Shown here: piece by piece, positions 1 to 13,254 of the stretch
How positions within the stretch are numbered: the stretch's first letter is position 1
Layout of the letters: every line of letters starts with the position of its first letter
DNA from: Lytechinus pictus
Taxonomy: Eukaryota
Direction of reading: 5' to 3'
NCBI RefSeq assembly: GCF_037042905.1
Contig: NC_087250.1
Coordinates: 25,298,001-25,362,000, forward strand
DNA length: 64,000 bases
The notes under the pieces: model-generated
Databases searched by the model: none
Told to the model about the DNA's origin: nothing
Seen by the model: only the letters and a program-made list of their open reading frames with translations
Made by a program: the position numbers and the translations under genes

Positions 1-229
1 CCTTGGTCATGTGACATGAAACTCAGGCAGGATGTTCAGTAATACTTGATTAACCTTATGGCCAAGTTTCATGAACTAGGTCCATATACTTTCTAAGTTA
101 TGCTGTCATTTCAAAAACTTAACCTCAGGTTAAGATTTGGTGTTGACGCCGCCGCCGCCGTCGCCGTCGCCGCCGCCGTCGGAAAAGCGGCGCCTATAGT
201 CTCACTCTGCTATGCAGGTGAGACAAAAA
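1..229. mobile_element. End of an interspersed repeat with a terminal stem-loop (Helentron/HINE-like, tentative)
   Basis: (GCC)n tract, then hairpin GTCTCAC-TCTGC-TAT-GCAG-GTGAGAC (199-224) followed by an A-run; truncated by the window edge. Confidence 0.45.
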
Positions 230-244
230 TAAATGATTCAGTAT

Positions 245-410
245 ACACTGTTACTACTACTACGACTATTACACTGTTACACTATTACACTATTACACTA
301 TTACACTATTACACTATTACACTGTTACTACTACTACTACTACTATTACTACTACTACGACTACTACGACTACTACTACTACAACTATACGACTACTACC
401 TCTATACTAC
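245..410. repeat. Compound microsatellite (ACTATTAC)n/(TAC)n/(TACGAC)n
   Basis: Directly visible. Confidence 0.95.
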
Positions 411-2425
411 CATGACTTTTAGTGTTACTACATCTACCGCTTACTTGCTACGTACGTTAGAGCATTTATCATTTTTTAAATCAACAAATTGATATATTAT
501 TTTGTTGTTTATATTTTTCATAAATCTATATGACAGAGTTTGCGCAAGAAGTGTCCAGTGACGTCATCACGAGATTAAGATCGATACCCACTTCCGGTGA
601 AGAGAAGAGGAGTCGAAAGAAGCGAAGGGCTGGGAACAAGGACCAGCTTCAGACCAGGCCCAAGCCCGGGACCCAGGACGGGCTCCAGGGGGAGAACACT
701 CAGATGACGAGTAGGGGAAATTCGGAGAGGAGAAGTAATGCTGGAAGAACGCATGTCAAGAGGAAAAGATTAGGAAAGCAAGATACGGGATTAGACACGC
801 AAGAGAATGAAGGAGCCACGCCATTAGAATTAGTCAATGCGGGAGAGAGGGGAGGAGTCACAAGAAGACAGAGAAAGGGGAGGCAGAAGGGCGGAGCTAA
901 GAGGAGGAGGATGACGGGGAAGATGAGAGGGAGGAGCAATCGGAGAAGGAAAAGACAACGGGGTCGTAGACCCAGTCCATAGAGTCATGGATCGAGCTCA
1001 CGAGGGGGGAGGGGTATAGGAGTAAGTGGGAGGAGCTTGGGGAGGCAGGGAAGTGGACTGGAATCTTCGCTGGATGAGAAGAGCAAAAGAGGCCAAATAA
1101 ACGACATTGATTGATAGGTTGAAGAAACCATGGCAATTAAGGCCTTGTACCAAGGGCGGCGGAATGTATTTTCGTTTCGGGGGGGGGGGGGCAAAGCCAA
1201 AACAGGGCACTTATATGCCAAAAAGAGCATTTTGGTGCAAACGGATATTTTCACCATTAGATTATCACCTGTGTGAAGAAGTTGTGTGTGTTTTGTATTA
1301 ATGAAGTTGAGCAAAGTCTTTTTTAAACTGATTTCTGATTGATAAGAGTCATATTTTTCGCGAGTAGCGTAGCGAGGGAGCGGTTTGGAATAATTTTCAA
1401 ATCTGAAGTTGTAAAATTCGCTTTTTTGTCAATTGTGGACCTAATTACTGCAAAAAGGGCATCCTTGCGAGATGTTGAGTGCGCGAGCTCAATTTTTTGG
1501 AATTTTGGGTAATAAGACATTGAAAAGTAAACGTTCCAAGCATTTTTTGTAATCATGAAAGGATGTGAATCTAACTAAATAATTAACGCAAGCGCGAAGC
1601 GCGAGCTGAAATTTTTAATATATTGACCAGAAAAAGAACCTTTTAAAGTCATGAATAGGATACGGGCTACATATCTCACCAATCTAATAATGGGAGCGCG
1701 AAGCGCGAGCTGAAAATTTGTGATATTCAAACCAGAAAACTGGACATTCTACATGTTCTAGGCATTTCATTTAACCAGGAACAGAATGACTACCTTAATA
1801 AACAATAATTGGTGTCTTAACATTTTAACAGTTTTGTACCAAATACAATTTTTGGTTTAGATGAAAATAAATGAATTAAACGGGATTTTTTGACTCACCG
1901 TACGACCTACGTAGGAAAATGTGACTGCAGCATAAATCCCCATACGTAATGTTAATCTAAATAGAAAATGCGCTATGCAATCATAGGAAGATTTAGTCTT
2001 CCGTTCATTAATAATAATAATAAAAAAGATAGATTCATCTCAATGAAAATAACAATTTGAAGTCATATTTATTAAATTTTTAATCAACATTGAGCGCCTG
2101 GCGTGTTGGGGAAAAATGAACAAAAAACATTCGGGGACGGATCAAGGATTTACCAACAAGAGATAGAGCGGAAGAAGGGGTTGGGAGGGGGAGAGAGCTA
2201 AGAAAGAGAGAGGGGGGGGGGGATTTCCCGTTCGGCCCCATACCTGCCTTTATAATAATTGGCCATCGGCAGCGACCCCAAAGAATTAGTGGGGGCGGAG
2301 CAGGGGAGCAGTCTTCCCAACCCCTGGCGGATTTCACCGAGAAATAAAAACAAAAAGTGAATAAAAAAAGGAAAAGAAAACGAAGAAAAGAGGAAGGGGA
2401 GAAATGGGAAAGGGAAAAGAAAAAT

Positions 2426-3747
2426 GAAAGAGATATTGGTATATTGGTATGTATTTATGTACTTGTTTGTACCTGATGATGGTTGAATAAAATAAATTGA
2501 ATTTAATTGAAAAAATATAATTGAGATTACGAAGAGAAGAAAGTTAAAAGAAAATTGAAAGAGATATTGGTATATTGGTATGTATTTATGTACTTGTTTG
2601 TACCTGATGATGGTTGAATGAAATAAATTGAATTGAATTGAAAAAAAATAATTGAGATTACGAAGAGAAGAAAGTTAAAAGAAAATTGAAAGAGATATTG
2701 GTATATTGGTATGTATTTATGTACTTGTTTGTACCTGATGATGGTTGAATAAAATAAATTGAATTTAATTGAAAAAATATAATTGAGATTACGGAGAGAA
2801 GAAAGTTAAAAGAAAATTGAAAGAGATATTGGTATATTGGTATGTATTTATGTACTTGTTTGTACCTGATGATGGTTGAATGAAATAAATTGAATTGAAT
2901 TGAAAAAAAATAATTGAGATTACGAAGAGAAGAAAGTTAAAAGAAAGTTAAAAGAAATATTGGTATATTGGTATGTATTTATGTACTTGTTTGTACCTCA
3001 TGATGGTTGAATAAAATAAATTGAATTGAAATTGAAAAAAAAAATAATTGAGATTACGAAGAGAAGAAAGTTAAAAGAAAATTGAAAGAGATATTGGTAT
3101 ATTGGTATGTATTTATGTACTTGTTTGTACCTGATGATGGTTGAATAAAATAAATTGAATTGAATTGAAAAAAAATAATTGAGATTACGAAGAGAAGAAA
3201 GTTAAAAGAAAATCGAAAGAGATATTGGTATATTGGTATGTATTTATGTACTTGTTTGTACCTGATGATGGTTGAATAAAATAAATTGAATTGAATTGAA
3301 AAAGTATAATTGAGATTACGAAGAGAAGAAAGTTAAAAGAAAGTTAAAAGAAATATTGGTATATTGGTATGTATTTATGTACTTGTTTGTACCTGATGAT
3401 GGTTGAATAAAATAAATTGAATTGAAATTGAAAAAAATAATTGAGATTACGAAGAGAAGAAAGTTAAAAGAAAATTGAAAGAGATATTGGTATATTGGTA
3501 TGTATTTATGTACTTGTTTGTACCTGATGATGGTTGAATAAAATAAATTGAATTGAATTGAAAAAAAATAATTGAGATTACGAAGAGAAGAAAGTTAAAA
3601 GAAAGTTAAAAGAAATATTGGTATATTGGTATGTATTTATGTACTTGTTTGTACCTCATGATGGTTGAATAAAATAAATTGAATTGAAATTGAAAAAAAA
3701 AATAATTGAGATTACGAAGAAAAGAAAGTTAAAAGAAAATTGAAAGA
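2426..3747 (+). repeat. Minisatellite, ~131-bp unit x ~10
   Basis: GAAAGAGATATTGGTATATTGGTATG... recurs at 2426, 2557, 2688, 2819 and onward. Confidence 0.95.
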
Positions 3748-4190
3748 AAGAGCAAAAGAAAGAGGAAGAGCAAGTGAGAAAGAACAAAATCATCCCGAAC
3801 TACTAATATAAAGGTGAAATAAAAAGATGGCAAAACGGAACGGGAGTTTATGGCGGGAAATGGAAAGAAAAGAGGCAAATTGTAACAGAATGAGGTTGAA
3901 TGGAATTCAGAGCTAAAATGCTATATAGGGAAAATAAGATGCGACACTGATTGAAAAATGAGGAAATAAAGAAAAGGTAAACAAGTTAAAGTTAAGAACT
4001 CGGCCGGGCTGCCGAGGATTGAAATAAGGAACGAGAAGAAATATTGGGATGGCGTATTGGCCCCTATGGATGAAGTCTAAAAGCTTTTAAAATTTCATAC
4101 AATAACAGTCGCATCCAAGACAAAAAAATAAAAATAAAATTACTGAACTTGAAGAGGTTCCGGAGGTACAGCCAAAGCACTGCAAATATG

Positions 4191-4364
4191 CAGGGGCGGA
4201 TCCAGCCTTCACAAAGGGGGGGGGGGGATTTTTCAGCCACATTTTCCCTGATCGTGTCCCACAAGTGTCCCCCCTTGAAAATGATACTTTTTTCTTGTTT
4301 TGCTTGTCAAATTTTTCCTAGGGAAAAAGTGCCCCCCCCCTGGAAAATCCTGGACCCGCCCCTG
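4191..4364. mobile_element. MITE with CAGGGGCGGATCC TIRs (hAT-like family; relatives at ~18141-18368, ~18473-18712 and 54220-54407)
   Basis: TIR CAGGGGCGG(A/G)TCCAG; the related copy at 54220-54407 has an 8-bp TSD gaatcttg/ggatcttg. Confidence 0.7.
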
Positions 4365-4499
4365 ATTGGAGAAAACCAATCAAGCTTACATTTACAATCA
4401 GAACAATAATTTGAATATTTACAGTCTCATAATACAGATTTTACACTGATTCATTACTATGAAGAAAAAAAACTGGAATATGAAAAAATAATAATAAAA

Positions 4500-5015
4500 A
4501 AAGAAAAAATCCAACAAGCAAATTTCATCAAAAAAGTTGTGACAATTTAAAGTTTCGCTTAATTTCACACAACAGTTATATGCACATCCTGGCCAGTATG
4601 CAAATGAGGGGACTGATGACATCACGCATTCACTATTTCTTTAAAGTTCTATTGTATTCTGATTTTCTCATCCATGTCATTTGAAATCGAGTTTTATTCC
4701 TCCCTGAACATGTGGAATTAACATTGTTTAACATGATGTAGTTCAGTCAAGTTTTACATTATTGTCAATTCTGTATGAATTGAAATATGGTATAATTCAA
4801 ACAATAAAAAAAGACAATAGAAATAAAGTGAGTGATTGACATAGTAGACTCTCGCATTTGCATATCACTCTGTTGTGCATAAAACTGTTTTGAGAAAAAA
4901 TAAGCAAAACTTTAAAATGTCATAACTTTCTTTCTTTGATGAAGTTTTCAGCGTTATGCTTGTTTGATTTTGTCTATTTATTCAAATCCACATTTCTCTT
5001 GGGTGGACTTGGCCT
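4500..5015. mobile_element. Truncated TTAA-flanked non-autonomous DNA transposon (Kolobok-like family A)
   Basis: Ends GGTGGACTTGGCCT|TTAA; homologous to 18823-19428 and 56702-57304. Confidence 0.7.
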
Positions 5016-5049
5016 TTAAATCTCTCTCTCGTGCATGACTCCCAAACAT

Positions 5050-6675
5050 AAATTAACTACATTGGAAGAAAAAAACAAAAACTTATAAATAATAATAATA
5101 ATCTGTCTGGGCGTTCCGTTCTCCTACACTTTAAGGGGCAAGCCCAGTAGGCTCATCATTCACAGCATACCATCTCCCAGATAGAAATTAACTACATTGG
5201 AAAAAAAACTAAAACTTAAAAAAAAAATAATAATAATCTGTCTGGGCGTTCCGTTCTCCTACACTTTAAGGGGCAAGCCCAGTAAGCTCATCATTCATAG
5301 GATACCATCTCCCAGTCATAAATTAACTACATTCGAAAAAAAACACTAAAACTTATAAAAAATAATAATAATCTGTCTGGGCGTTCCGTTCTCCTACACT
5401 TTGAGGGGCAAGCCCAGTAGGCTCATCATTCACAGCATACCATCTCCCAGACAGAAATTAACTACATTGAAAAAAAAACCTAAAACTTAAAAATAATAAT
5501 AATAATCTCTCTGGGCGTTCCGTTCTCCTACACTTTAAGGGGCTAGCCCAGTAGGCTCATCATTCACAGGATACCATCTCCCAGTCAGAAATTAATTACA
5601 CTTTTACAAATACAAAAATAAAAAATAAATAATACTAATCTGTCTGGGCGTTCCGTTCTCCTACACTTTAAGGGGCAAGCCCAGTAAGCTCATCATTCAT
5701 AGGATACCATCTCCCAGTCATAAATTAACTACATTCGAAAAAAAACACTAAAACTTATAAAAAAATAATAATAATCTGTCTCGGCGTTCCATTCTCCTAC
5801 ACTTTGAGGGGCAAGCCCAGTAGGCTCATCATTCACAGGATACCATCTCCCAGACAGAAATTAACTACATTGAAAAAAAACCTAAAACTTAAAAATAATA
5901 ATAATAATCTCTCTGGGCGTTCCGTTCTCCTACACTTTAAGGGACAAGCCCAGTAGGCTCATCATTCACAGGATACCATTTCCCAGTCATAAATTAACTA
6001 CATTGAAAAAAAAAACTAAAACTTAAAAATAATAATAATAATCTGTCTGGGCGTTCCGTTCTCCTACACTTTAAGGGGCAAGCCCAGTAGGCTCATCATT
6101 CACAGGAACCATCTCCCAGACAGAAATTAACTACATTGAAAAAAAAACTATAATTTAAAAATAAATAATAATAATCTGTCTGGGCGTTCCGTTCTCCTAC
6201 ACTTTTAGGGGCAAGCCCAGTAGGCTCATCATTCACAGGATACCATCCCCCAGATAGAAATTAACTACATTTGAAAACAATCTAAAACTTAAAAAAAAAA
6301 AAAATTATAATCTGTCTGGGCGTTCCGTTCTCCTACACTTTAAGGGGCAAGCCCAGTAGGCTCATCATTCACGGCAAACAATTTCCCAGTCATAAATTAA
6401 CTACATTCGAAAAAAAACACTAAAACTCATAAAAAATAATAATAATCTGTCTGGGCGTTCCGTTCTCCTACACTTTAAGAGGCAAGCCCAGTAGGCTCAT
6501 CATTCACAGGATACCATCTCCCAGACAGAAATTAACTACATTGGAAAAAAAACTAAAACTTAAAAATAATAATAATAATCTGTCTGGGCGTTCCGTTCTC
6601 CTACACTTTAAGGGGCAAGCCCAGTAGGCTCATCATTCGCAGGATACCATCTCCCAGACAGAAATTAACTACATT
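5050..6675 (+). repeat. Minisatellite, ~135-bp unit x ~12
   Basis: Core TCTGTCTGGGCGTTCCGTTCTCCTACACTTTAAGGGGCAAGCCCAGTAGGCTCATCATTCACAGGATACCATCTCCCAG is repeated. Confidence 0.95.
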
Positions 6676-6717
6676 TTACAAATGTTCAATTGGTCTAATA
6701 TAAATTTGTCTAATTGT

Positions 6718-7005
6718 GGAGCGTTGTTGCCCAGTGGATTAGTCTTCTCACTTTGAAACAGATGGTCGTGGGTTCGAATCCCATGCAGCCATGGCGTTAT
6801 TTCCTTCAGCAAGAAATTTATTGTGCTGCACTCAACCCAGGTGGGGTGAATGGGTAACCGGCAGGATGAATTCCTTGAATGCACTGAGCGCTGAAAGGCA
6901 GCTCGCGCTAAAGCCGGGGTAATGATAATAATAATAATAAACAATTCGCCTCGGATTAGATTATTCTAGATAGATGGTGATACAGAAATGCCTATCATTA
7001 TTATT
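6718..7005 (+). mobile_element. tRNA-derived SINE
   Basis: A-box-like TGCCCAGTGG, B box GGTTCGAATCC, central segment shared with 51574-51855, (ATT)n tail. Confidence 0.8.
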
Positions 7006-7009
7006 AATT

Positions 7010-7385
7010 ACCAACTTCTCACTATCATGTGGTCTGCCATTTGTTTGTCCATTATATTTATTGTCTAATTGCCATTTCATCCACTCACCATTTCTTCTTT
7101 TAACCAGTTGGTCCAATATAGCCATTTAGTTCATATACCATGGTCTAATTGGACTAAGTTTGAACTGGGCGAAATGAATTAAAATAAAATGTATATTAAA
7201 CCAAATGGTTATGAGACAAAATGATCATAGACAAACTGGTGATTAGACGAAGTGATGATTGGACCAAATGGTCACTGGACCAAATGGCTGTTAGACGAAA
7301 TGTTGATGGACGGTATATGACCTGTCTAATTTAAGGTAGACCATGTGATGAGTGGACGAGTTGGCAATAGTGGGATTGGCAATTC
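7010..7385. mobile_element. Palindromic interspersed repeat built of GACCAAATGG/TTAGAC-type short motifs (relatives at ~47290-47525 and ~62914-63215)
   Basis: Imperfect inverted termini and internal short repeats shared between the three loci. Confidence 0.55.
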
Positions 7386-7394
7386 ACCATGACA

Positions 7395-7636
7395 CACTGT
7401 AAAAACTGAGGTGTTAAAACTGACACCAGTTGGTGTTAATAATAGAGGATCACACCCTGATGTGTTAAAATTACACCCTAAGGATTGAACATAACACCAA
7501 AGGGTGTTGATGTGACAACCAAAGGTGTTGTAATAACACCTATAGGTGTTAAACTAACACTGTCAATTTAACACCGGTGTAAAATAACTGGTGTGGTCCT
7601 CTATGTACACCGGTTAACACCACAGTTTTTGTTGTG
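7395..7636. mobile_element. CACTA/EnSpm-like MITE (CACTG/CACAG termini)
   Basis: TIR CACTGTAAAAACTG, 2-bp TSD CA; an inverted copy lies at 14775-15013. Confidence 0.7.
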
Positions 7637-8196
7637 CACCATATCCATGCAAGAGAGAATTTATCTCTATTCTCACAATCGGTGGCGTAATGAGCAAAAT
7701 CTTTTGAGGGGACCAACCGACATGGCGGATGAAGCAAGAGTTCTAACGTTGCGAGCGAGCAAGCATATTTTTTCAACCTTTTGAATAAGAAATCATTTCT
7801 TTTCACTGATTTTGACATAATATTGAATAAATAGAATAATTTCACCTTTTCCATTTCCTTTTGATTTCTTTTTGTCCTTTTATTCCTTGATCGTGAAACT
7901 TGTTATGACATAGCTCCCAATCCATCCCCATCATTACGCCAGTGCAGTGCTCACAATCCTTAAAGGACAAGTTACAATTCGTTCAATGAAGCCGGCTGTA
8001 TTGGTCGACCAGGATATACCCCATACAAAATGGACCAAAGCATGTTTTTTCAATTCATACAATATTGTTTGATGGTTTCTTGTCAATTCGAGAGTGCTGG
8101 TTCCAAATCTGAATGTTTCCACTCGCGCAACCTTGAGAATTTTGCATACCAATCAGGATGGGGGATATCTGTTTTGTCAAATTAAGAGAAACTTTA

Positions 8197-9414
8197 AGGT
8201 CAAGTCCACCTCAGAAAAAAGTTTTTTTTAATCAATAGAGAAAAATCAGACAAGCATAATGCTGAAAATTTCATCAAAATCGGATGTAAAATAAGAAAGA
8301 TATGACATTTTAAAGTTTCGCTTATTTTTCACAAAATAGTTATATGCACAATTTAGTCACATGAGAGAATCGATGATGTCCCTCACTTTACTTAATACAA
8401 AAATCTTACTATATTTCTTTTGTTTTTTATTGTTTGAATTATACAATATTTCAATTTTTACAGATTTGACAATAAAGACCAACTTGACTGAAACATAAAA
8501 TGTTAAACAATGCTAATTCCACATGTTCAGGGTGAAATAAAATGTTGTTTCACAGGACAATGAGGAGAATATTAGAATATTTCTTATAATAAAATACAAA
8601 AGAAATAGTGAGTTTTTTTGTATTAAGTAAAGTGAGGGACATCATCGATTCTCTCATGTGACTAAATTGTGCATATAACTATTTTTTTAAATTAAAGGAG
8701 AATGAAACCCTTGAAACCAGCTGAATCCATATCAAAGAGAAAAATCAAAGAAACATATTGTTGAAAGTTTGAGAAAGATTGAATGAATAATAAGAAAGTT
8801 ATGAGCATTTGAATATTGATATCACTAATGCCATGTAGATCCTCCCATTGGCAATGCGACCAAGATCTGTGATGTCACAAACGTACAACTCCCTCATTAC
8901 TTTAGTACTTATTTCACTTATATTCTCATTTTTACAGAGTCTATCACTATTGAAGGTGAGGTGTTCTCTTTATGAGAGGACAAGTACAGAGGTTTCACAA
9001 CATCATATCATTGATGAATCGTTTGTCATATGATTAGAATGAGCAAAAAGAGATGTTTTGGGGTATATTTTCAGTGTCCAAAAGGGGAGAGTTGTTCATC
9101 TGTGACATCATAGATCTTGGTCGCATTGCCAATGGGAGGATCTCCATAGCATTAGTGATCTCGACATTCAAATGCTCATAACTCTTCTATTGCTAGTCCT
9201 ATTTTACTCAAACTTTTGTTGATCTTATTCTTTGATGTTTCTGCTTTCACAAAAGCTAACTTGCTCCAAGAGTTTCATTTTCCTTTAAGCAAAACTTAAA
9301 AATGTCATAACTTTCTTATTTTACATCCGATTTTGATAAAATTCTCAGTAATTGTGCTTGTTGGATTTTTCTCTTTTTAATCAAATCCACTTTTTGTTGG
9401 GGTGGACTTGTCCT
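8197..9414. mobile_element. Kolobok-like family A element interrupted by a nested TTAA element
   Basis: Termini AGGTCAAGTCCACC...GGTGGACTTGTCCT with a TTAA context. Confidence 0.75.
8696..9284. mobile_element. Nested TTAA-flanked palindromic element (Kolobok-like family B)
   Basis: TTAA|AGGAGAATGAAAC...GTTTCATTTTCCT|TTAA; long internal inverted repeats. Confidence 0.8.
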
Positions 9415-9700
9415 TAAAAAAAATATGTAGGCGTATCGTTCGCATTCAGATTAAAGGCTACATTATATCTATGGCCCCTGCAAGACTCCACTTCCCATGC
9501 AACAATTATTATTTGCTTTTATTATTGTTGTGTATGTACGATTTTTAAAATGAAAAGGTGACTAATATTGAAATATCATTGGGGCGGTCTTGTATTCAAG
9601 ACACAAATTCCATCCGCTCAGTGGGTATAGTCTCCCATCCCCACGCTGCCCATGGCAGGTAGTTTATTTGTAAATGTCAAAATTTCCTAAAGCAACCATA

Positions 9701-9938
9701 CACTGCAAAAACTCCGGTGTTGATTTAACACCAGCCCGGAATATATGTCCACACCAGAAAAGTATTGGAATAACACCAGTTCGGAATCAAAGCGATGCTG
9801 TTTTAATACTAATTGGTGTTGTATAAACACATATCTGGTGTTAGACCAAAACCAAACAGGTCTTGTGTAACACTTCTCTGGTGTGGACATATGTAGATTC
9901 CGGGCTAGTGTTAAATCAACACCGCAGTTTTTGCAGTG
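9701..9938. mobile_element. CACTG-terminated palindromic MITE (CACTA-like); copies at 17755-18004 and 54630-54842
   Basis: TIR CACTGCAAAAACTCCGGTGTTGATTTAACAC; 2-bp TSDs (TA, TG) in the sister copies. Confidence 0.8.
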
Positions 9939-10313
9939 CATAAGCCCCCCCCCCCCGCACGCGAAATTATTTTTCCCACCGTGTTCTGGACCGACATATG
10001 AATATTCATGACTTGCGTCTTCGGATTGAGAGTACGCATGCGCGTGGACTTTGCCTCGACCAGTAAGGTTAGTGCCGATCGTAAGCATTCACGTTGCTCA
10101 GAATGAATTAGCATCGTCAAATTACCGGTACCCTTACATAGTTACATAGGTCTTATAGGCTTAGATCTATATATATATATATATCCAATTCTTAAACACT
10201 TAATAAACTAGCTGCCATTAATGGCAAGACATGTGCTAGGGTAGGGCTAGCTTAGGCTAGTGTATTAACTTTACCTCAAATCTGGACCTGTCTAATTAAT
10301 GCCTAGTACTAAT

Positions 10314-13254
10314 CAGTGTTGTAGTAAATGCCTAGCTACTTTTTCAAAGCCTTGGCCTTGAGAGGGCCTTGGTCTTGAGGATTTTGAGCCTTGAAATTTT
10401 AAGGCATTTTCAAGGCTTTTTCAAGGCATTTTGTATTTTCATTTGTTTTAAATAAGTAATTATAAATGTTTCAATTTTTTTTAAAATATATATTTAATAA
10501 CACTAATGGTCAATACTACCAATCACCAGTAACAGTAGCAGCAGCAGTAGTAAGTGTACTAGCAGTGTCATCAATTGTAATTGTCACCATTATCAAGAAA
10601 TTCAAACAAAGAATACATCAGTTATGAAAAATAGCATTATGTATTGGTAATGTGTTGTAATCATATATGATGATAATGACAGTAAATAATAATGGTCATG
10701 ATCAAGATAATAGTGCTTTGATGACAAGAATAATTTTTACATCTGACTGCAATTTTGACAACAATTTTCATACGATATCAAAATGAGTTCGTACAGAATC
10801 CAATGAAATGACCACCAAAGTAACTGTTTGTATAAATAAAACGCATGTGCCAAAGGATTCTGGAAGAAATTGTGTAATTGCTGAGAAATCAGCAAATAAG
10901 CACAGGATTCGGGTAGAGCGTCGGGCCCGACGCTCAAAGCAATAATTATACACTGTCACACGTGCGCTTATCTGTGTTGGGGAAGTTCAGTCTGAACATT
11001 TTTCAGCGTAGATTTCAAGATTTCACAAAGTTCAGTTTATGTAACTGTACCAGATCTAGATCCTCGATGATATACTGACAATTAAGCCTGGTTTTACAGA
11101 CTTTCTCATGAAATCAGTGTTTACTGCAACTACTGGAATTTCTCTTTAAACATAGCTAACTCTAAAGAACGATAACAAGGTTGATTTCTATTCCATTAGG
11201 ATTTTCCTTGTATTATTTTCTTTGGCCAACAAGAATGTTTTAAGTCTTAATGATATTCTGAAAAGATTTGGTAAACTTGAACACAGTCTCCAATTTTGTC
11301 ATATCCAAATGGGTTATGTCAATGGCATGATGAGCCAGAAACTTTGAGGGGCCAAGCATGGCATATATAGAGCAAATTTTCTGTCAAAAAAAAGAAGAAA
11401 GCAATTGAAGCGAGCGAGTGAACAAAATTTGTCCCCCTCTTTCTATAAGAAAAGCTAATTTTGCAATAGATTGTTTAAAAAATAATATCACATTTACTCC
11501 ATCTTTTCCTTTCCCTTTCCCCCTTGTCTAAGTTTATTCTTGGTGGTGGGACTTCTTCTTCTCTCTAATATCTCTCTTCTAAATTTTATATTTGTTTTGG
11601 GTCAGATTGACAAAACAAAGGGGAAAAAAATTTTACTTCTTTTTAATCATATATCGTTCAACATTGAATCTCATTTCTCTACAGTTTCAAGGAAATAAAC
11701 AACGTATTTGTTTTTGTGTCAATATGGTTTCAAGAAATAATAATTAACAAAAAATAATTAAATAATTATTAATATTATCAATAAGTATTGATAATTAATG
11801 ATTAATTAACTATTTAATAAAATTGGTTGTAAGCAGAAAAAAATATGAAAACTGACAAGAGTCCTAAAAATGACTCATTTTCAGTTTAAGCATTTGAAAA
11901 TTTTAGCTTGCGCTTTGTTTTCTCTTGCCCCCCCCCCAAAAAAAAAAATCCCTGTATGATTTTTTTTTCCAAATGAAATATGCCCTTTTTAAAATAGAAA
12001 TACCTTCTTTAATAATAAAACATAATACATTTTAGGTTCGAAAATCACAGATTTTGAATCGCATCAATTATTGTTTAGTACAGTACTGCTAATGGTTACA
12101 AAAATGCATAGAATGTTGCTTTATGGTTGAAATATCACAAATATTTGGCTCGCTTCCTGCACTCGCATCAATTATTGTAGACGTTCTCTTCCCGTTCACA
12201 AAAAAATGCTTAGAATGTCCAGTTTTCAGGTTGGAATATCACAAATTTTTGAGCTCGCGCTTTGCGCTCGCATTATTTTTTATTGGTGAGTTATGTATCT
12301 TATTTAAAATGCAGTAATTAACTGCTTAATTAACTGCTTCCTTTACTGGTCAGTATATAAAAAGAATTAGCGAGCGCAAAGTTATTTTTAGTTAAATACA
12401 CATCTTTTTCATGATTACAAAACCAGCTGAGAATAAAATAATCTCCATGTCTTATTACACGACATGTCAAGAAGTTTGAGCTGGTGATTCGCGCTAGCAA
12501 CATCGCGCAAGGAAATTTCAACAATGATTAGCCCCATAATTGACCATAAATCAAGTTTTACAACATCAGAATGGATTTTTTTTTTCAAAACCGCTTGCTG
12601 GCTATGCTTTCTCGCTGAGAAGTAAAACCTAAAACAAAATATCTATCTTATAAATCACTTTAGAAAGCCTTTGCTCAACTTAATTTCTATAAAACACACA
12701 ATTACTTCACGCAGTTCATAATCTCATTTTGAAAATACATGTATCTGTTTGCACAAAAAAACTCATTTTGATAAATGGGTGCCTTTTTGGCGTTGACCCC
12801 CCCCCCCATAATCATTTGTCTGCTGTCCCTGTCCCAGGGAGTGGAGAAAAACATACGTTGAGAATGCCAGGATCAGATGACCGTGGTAATAATAATTATT
12901 GCAATGTAAATCGCCTATAGAAAAATTATTGATTATGTGTACACAGGTAACTATATCATTATTTTAATATGTCTCTATCATGAAATTATTTTTGTTTTAA
13001 ATGTACAAAGGTTTTTTTTTTTCTCGCTCAGTCCCCTCGCTCACATACATTTTACATGTGTGATGTCTGCCGCCTAAGTATTGTTAGTTCATTGTTCTGT
13101 ATATCGTAAGTTTGAAATGCCTTGGCCTTGAGGTTTTCAGGCCTTGGCCTTGGGTTTCCATGCCTTGGCCTTGGCCTTTGGTACTGAAGCCTTGGCCTTG
13201 GGTATTAAAGCCTTGGCCTTGGCCTTGGAGGTTTGAGCCTTGACTACAACACTG
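10314..13254. mobile_element. 2.9-kb non-autonomous TIR element inserted in the left foldback arm
   Basis: TIR CAGTGTTGTAGT/ACTACAACACTG; subterminal (GCCTTG)n arrays at both ends; no transposase ORF. Confidence 0.8.
10740..11145. mobile_element. TTAA-ended element (Kolobok-like family C), nested; relatives at ~25046-25440 and 52436-52825
   Basis: Shared CTGCAACTACT...TTAA end and GTACCAGATCTAGAT core. Confidence 0.7.

Noticed and set aside
100..492. ORFs with poly-L/T/Y runs
   Set aside because: These are translations of microsatellites.
530..982. 150-aa Arg/Gly/Lys-rich ORF
   Set aside because: It arises from purine-rich low-complexity sequence, with no recognisable domain or splice context.
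2470..2490. CTGATGA in the 131-bp repeat as a hammerhead core or snoRNA box
   Set aside because: There is no downstream GAAAC box or supporting helices.
10314..13254. Autonomous transposase within the larger TIR elements
   Set aside because: No long ORF or DDE-type motif is visible in any element in the window.
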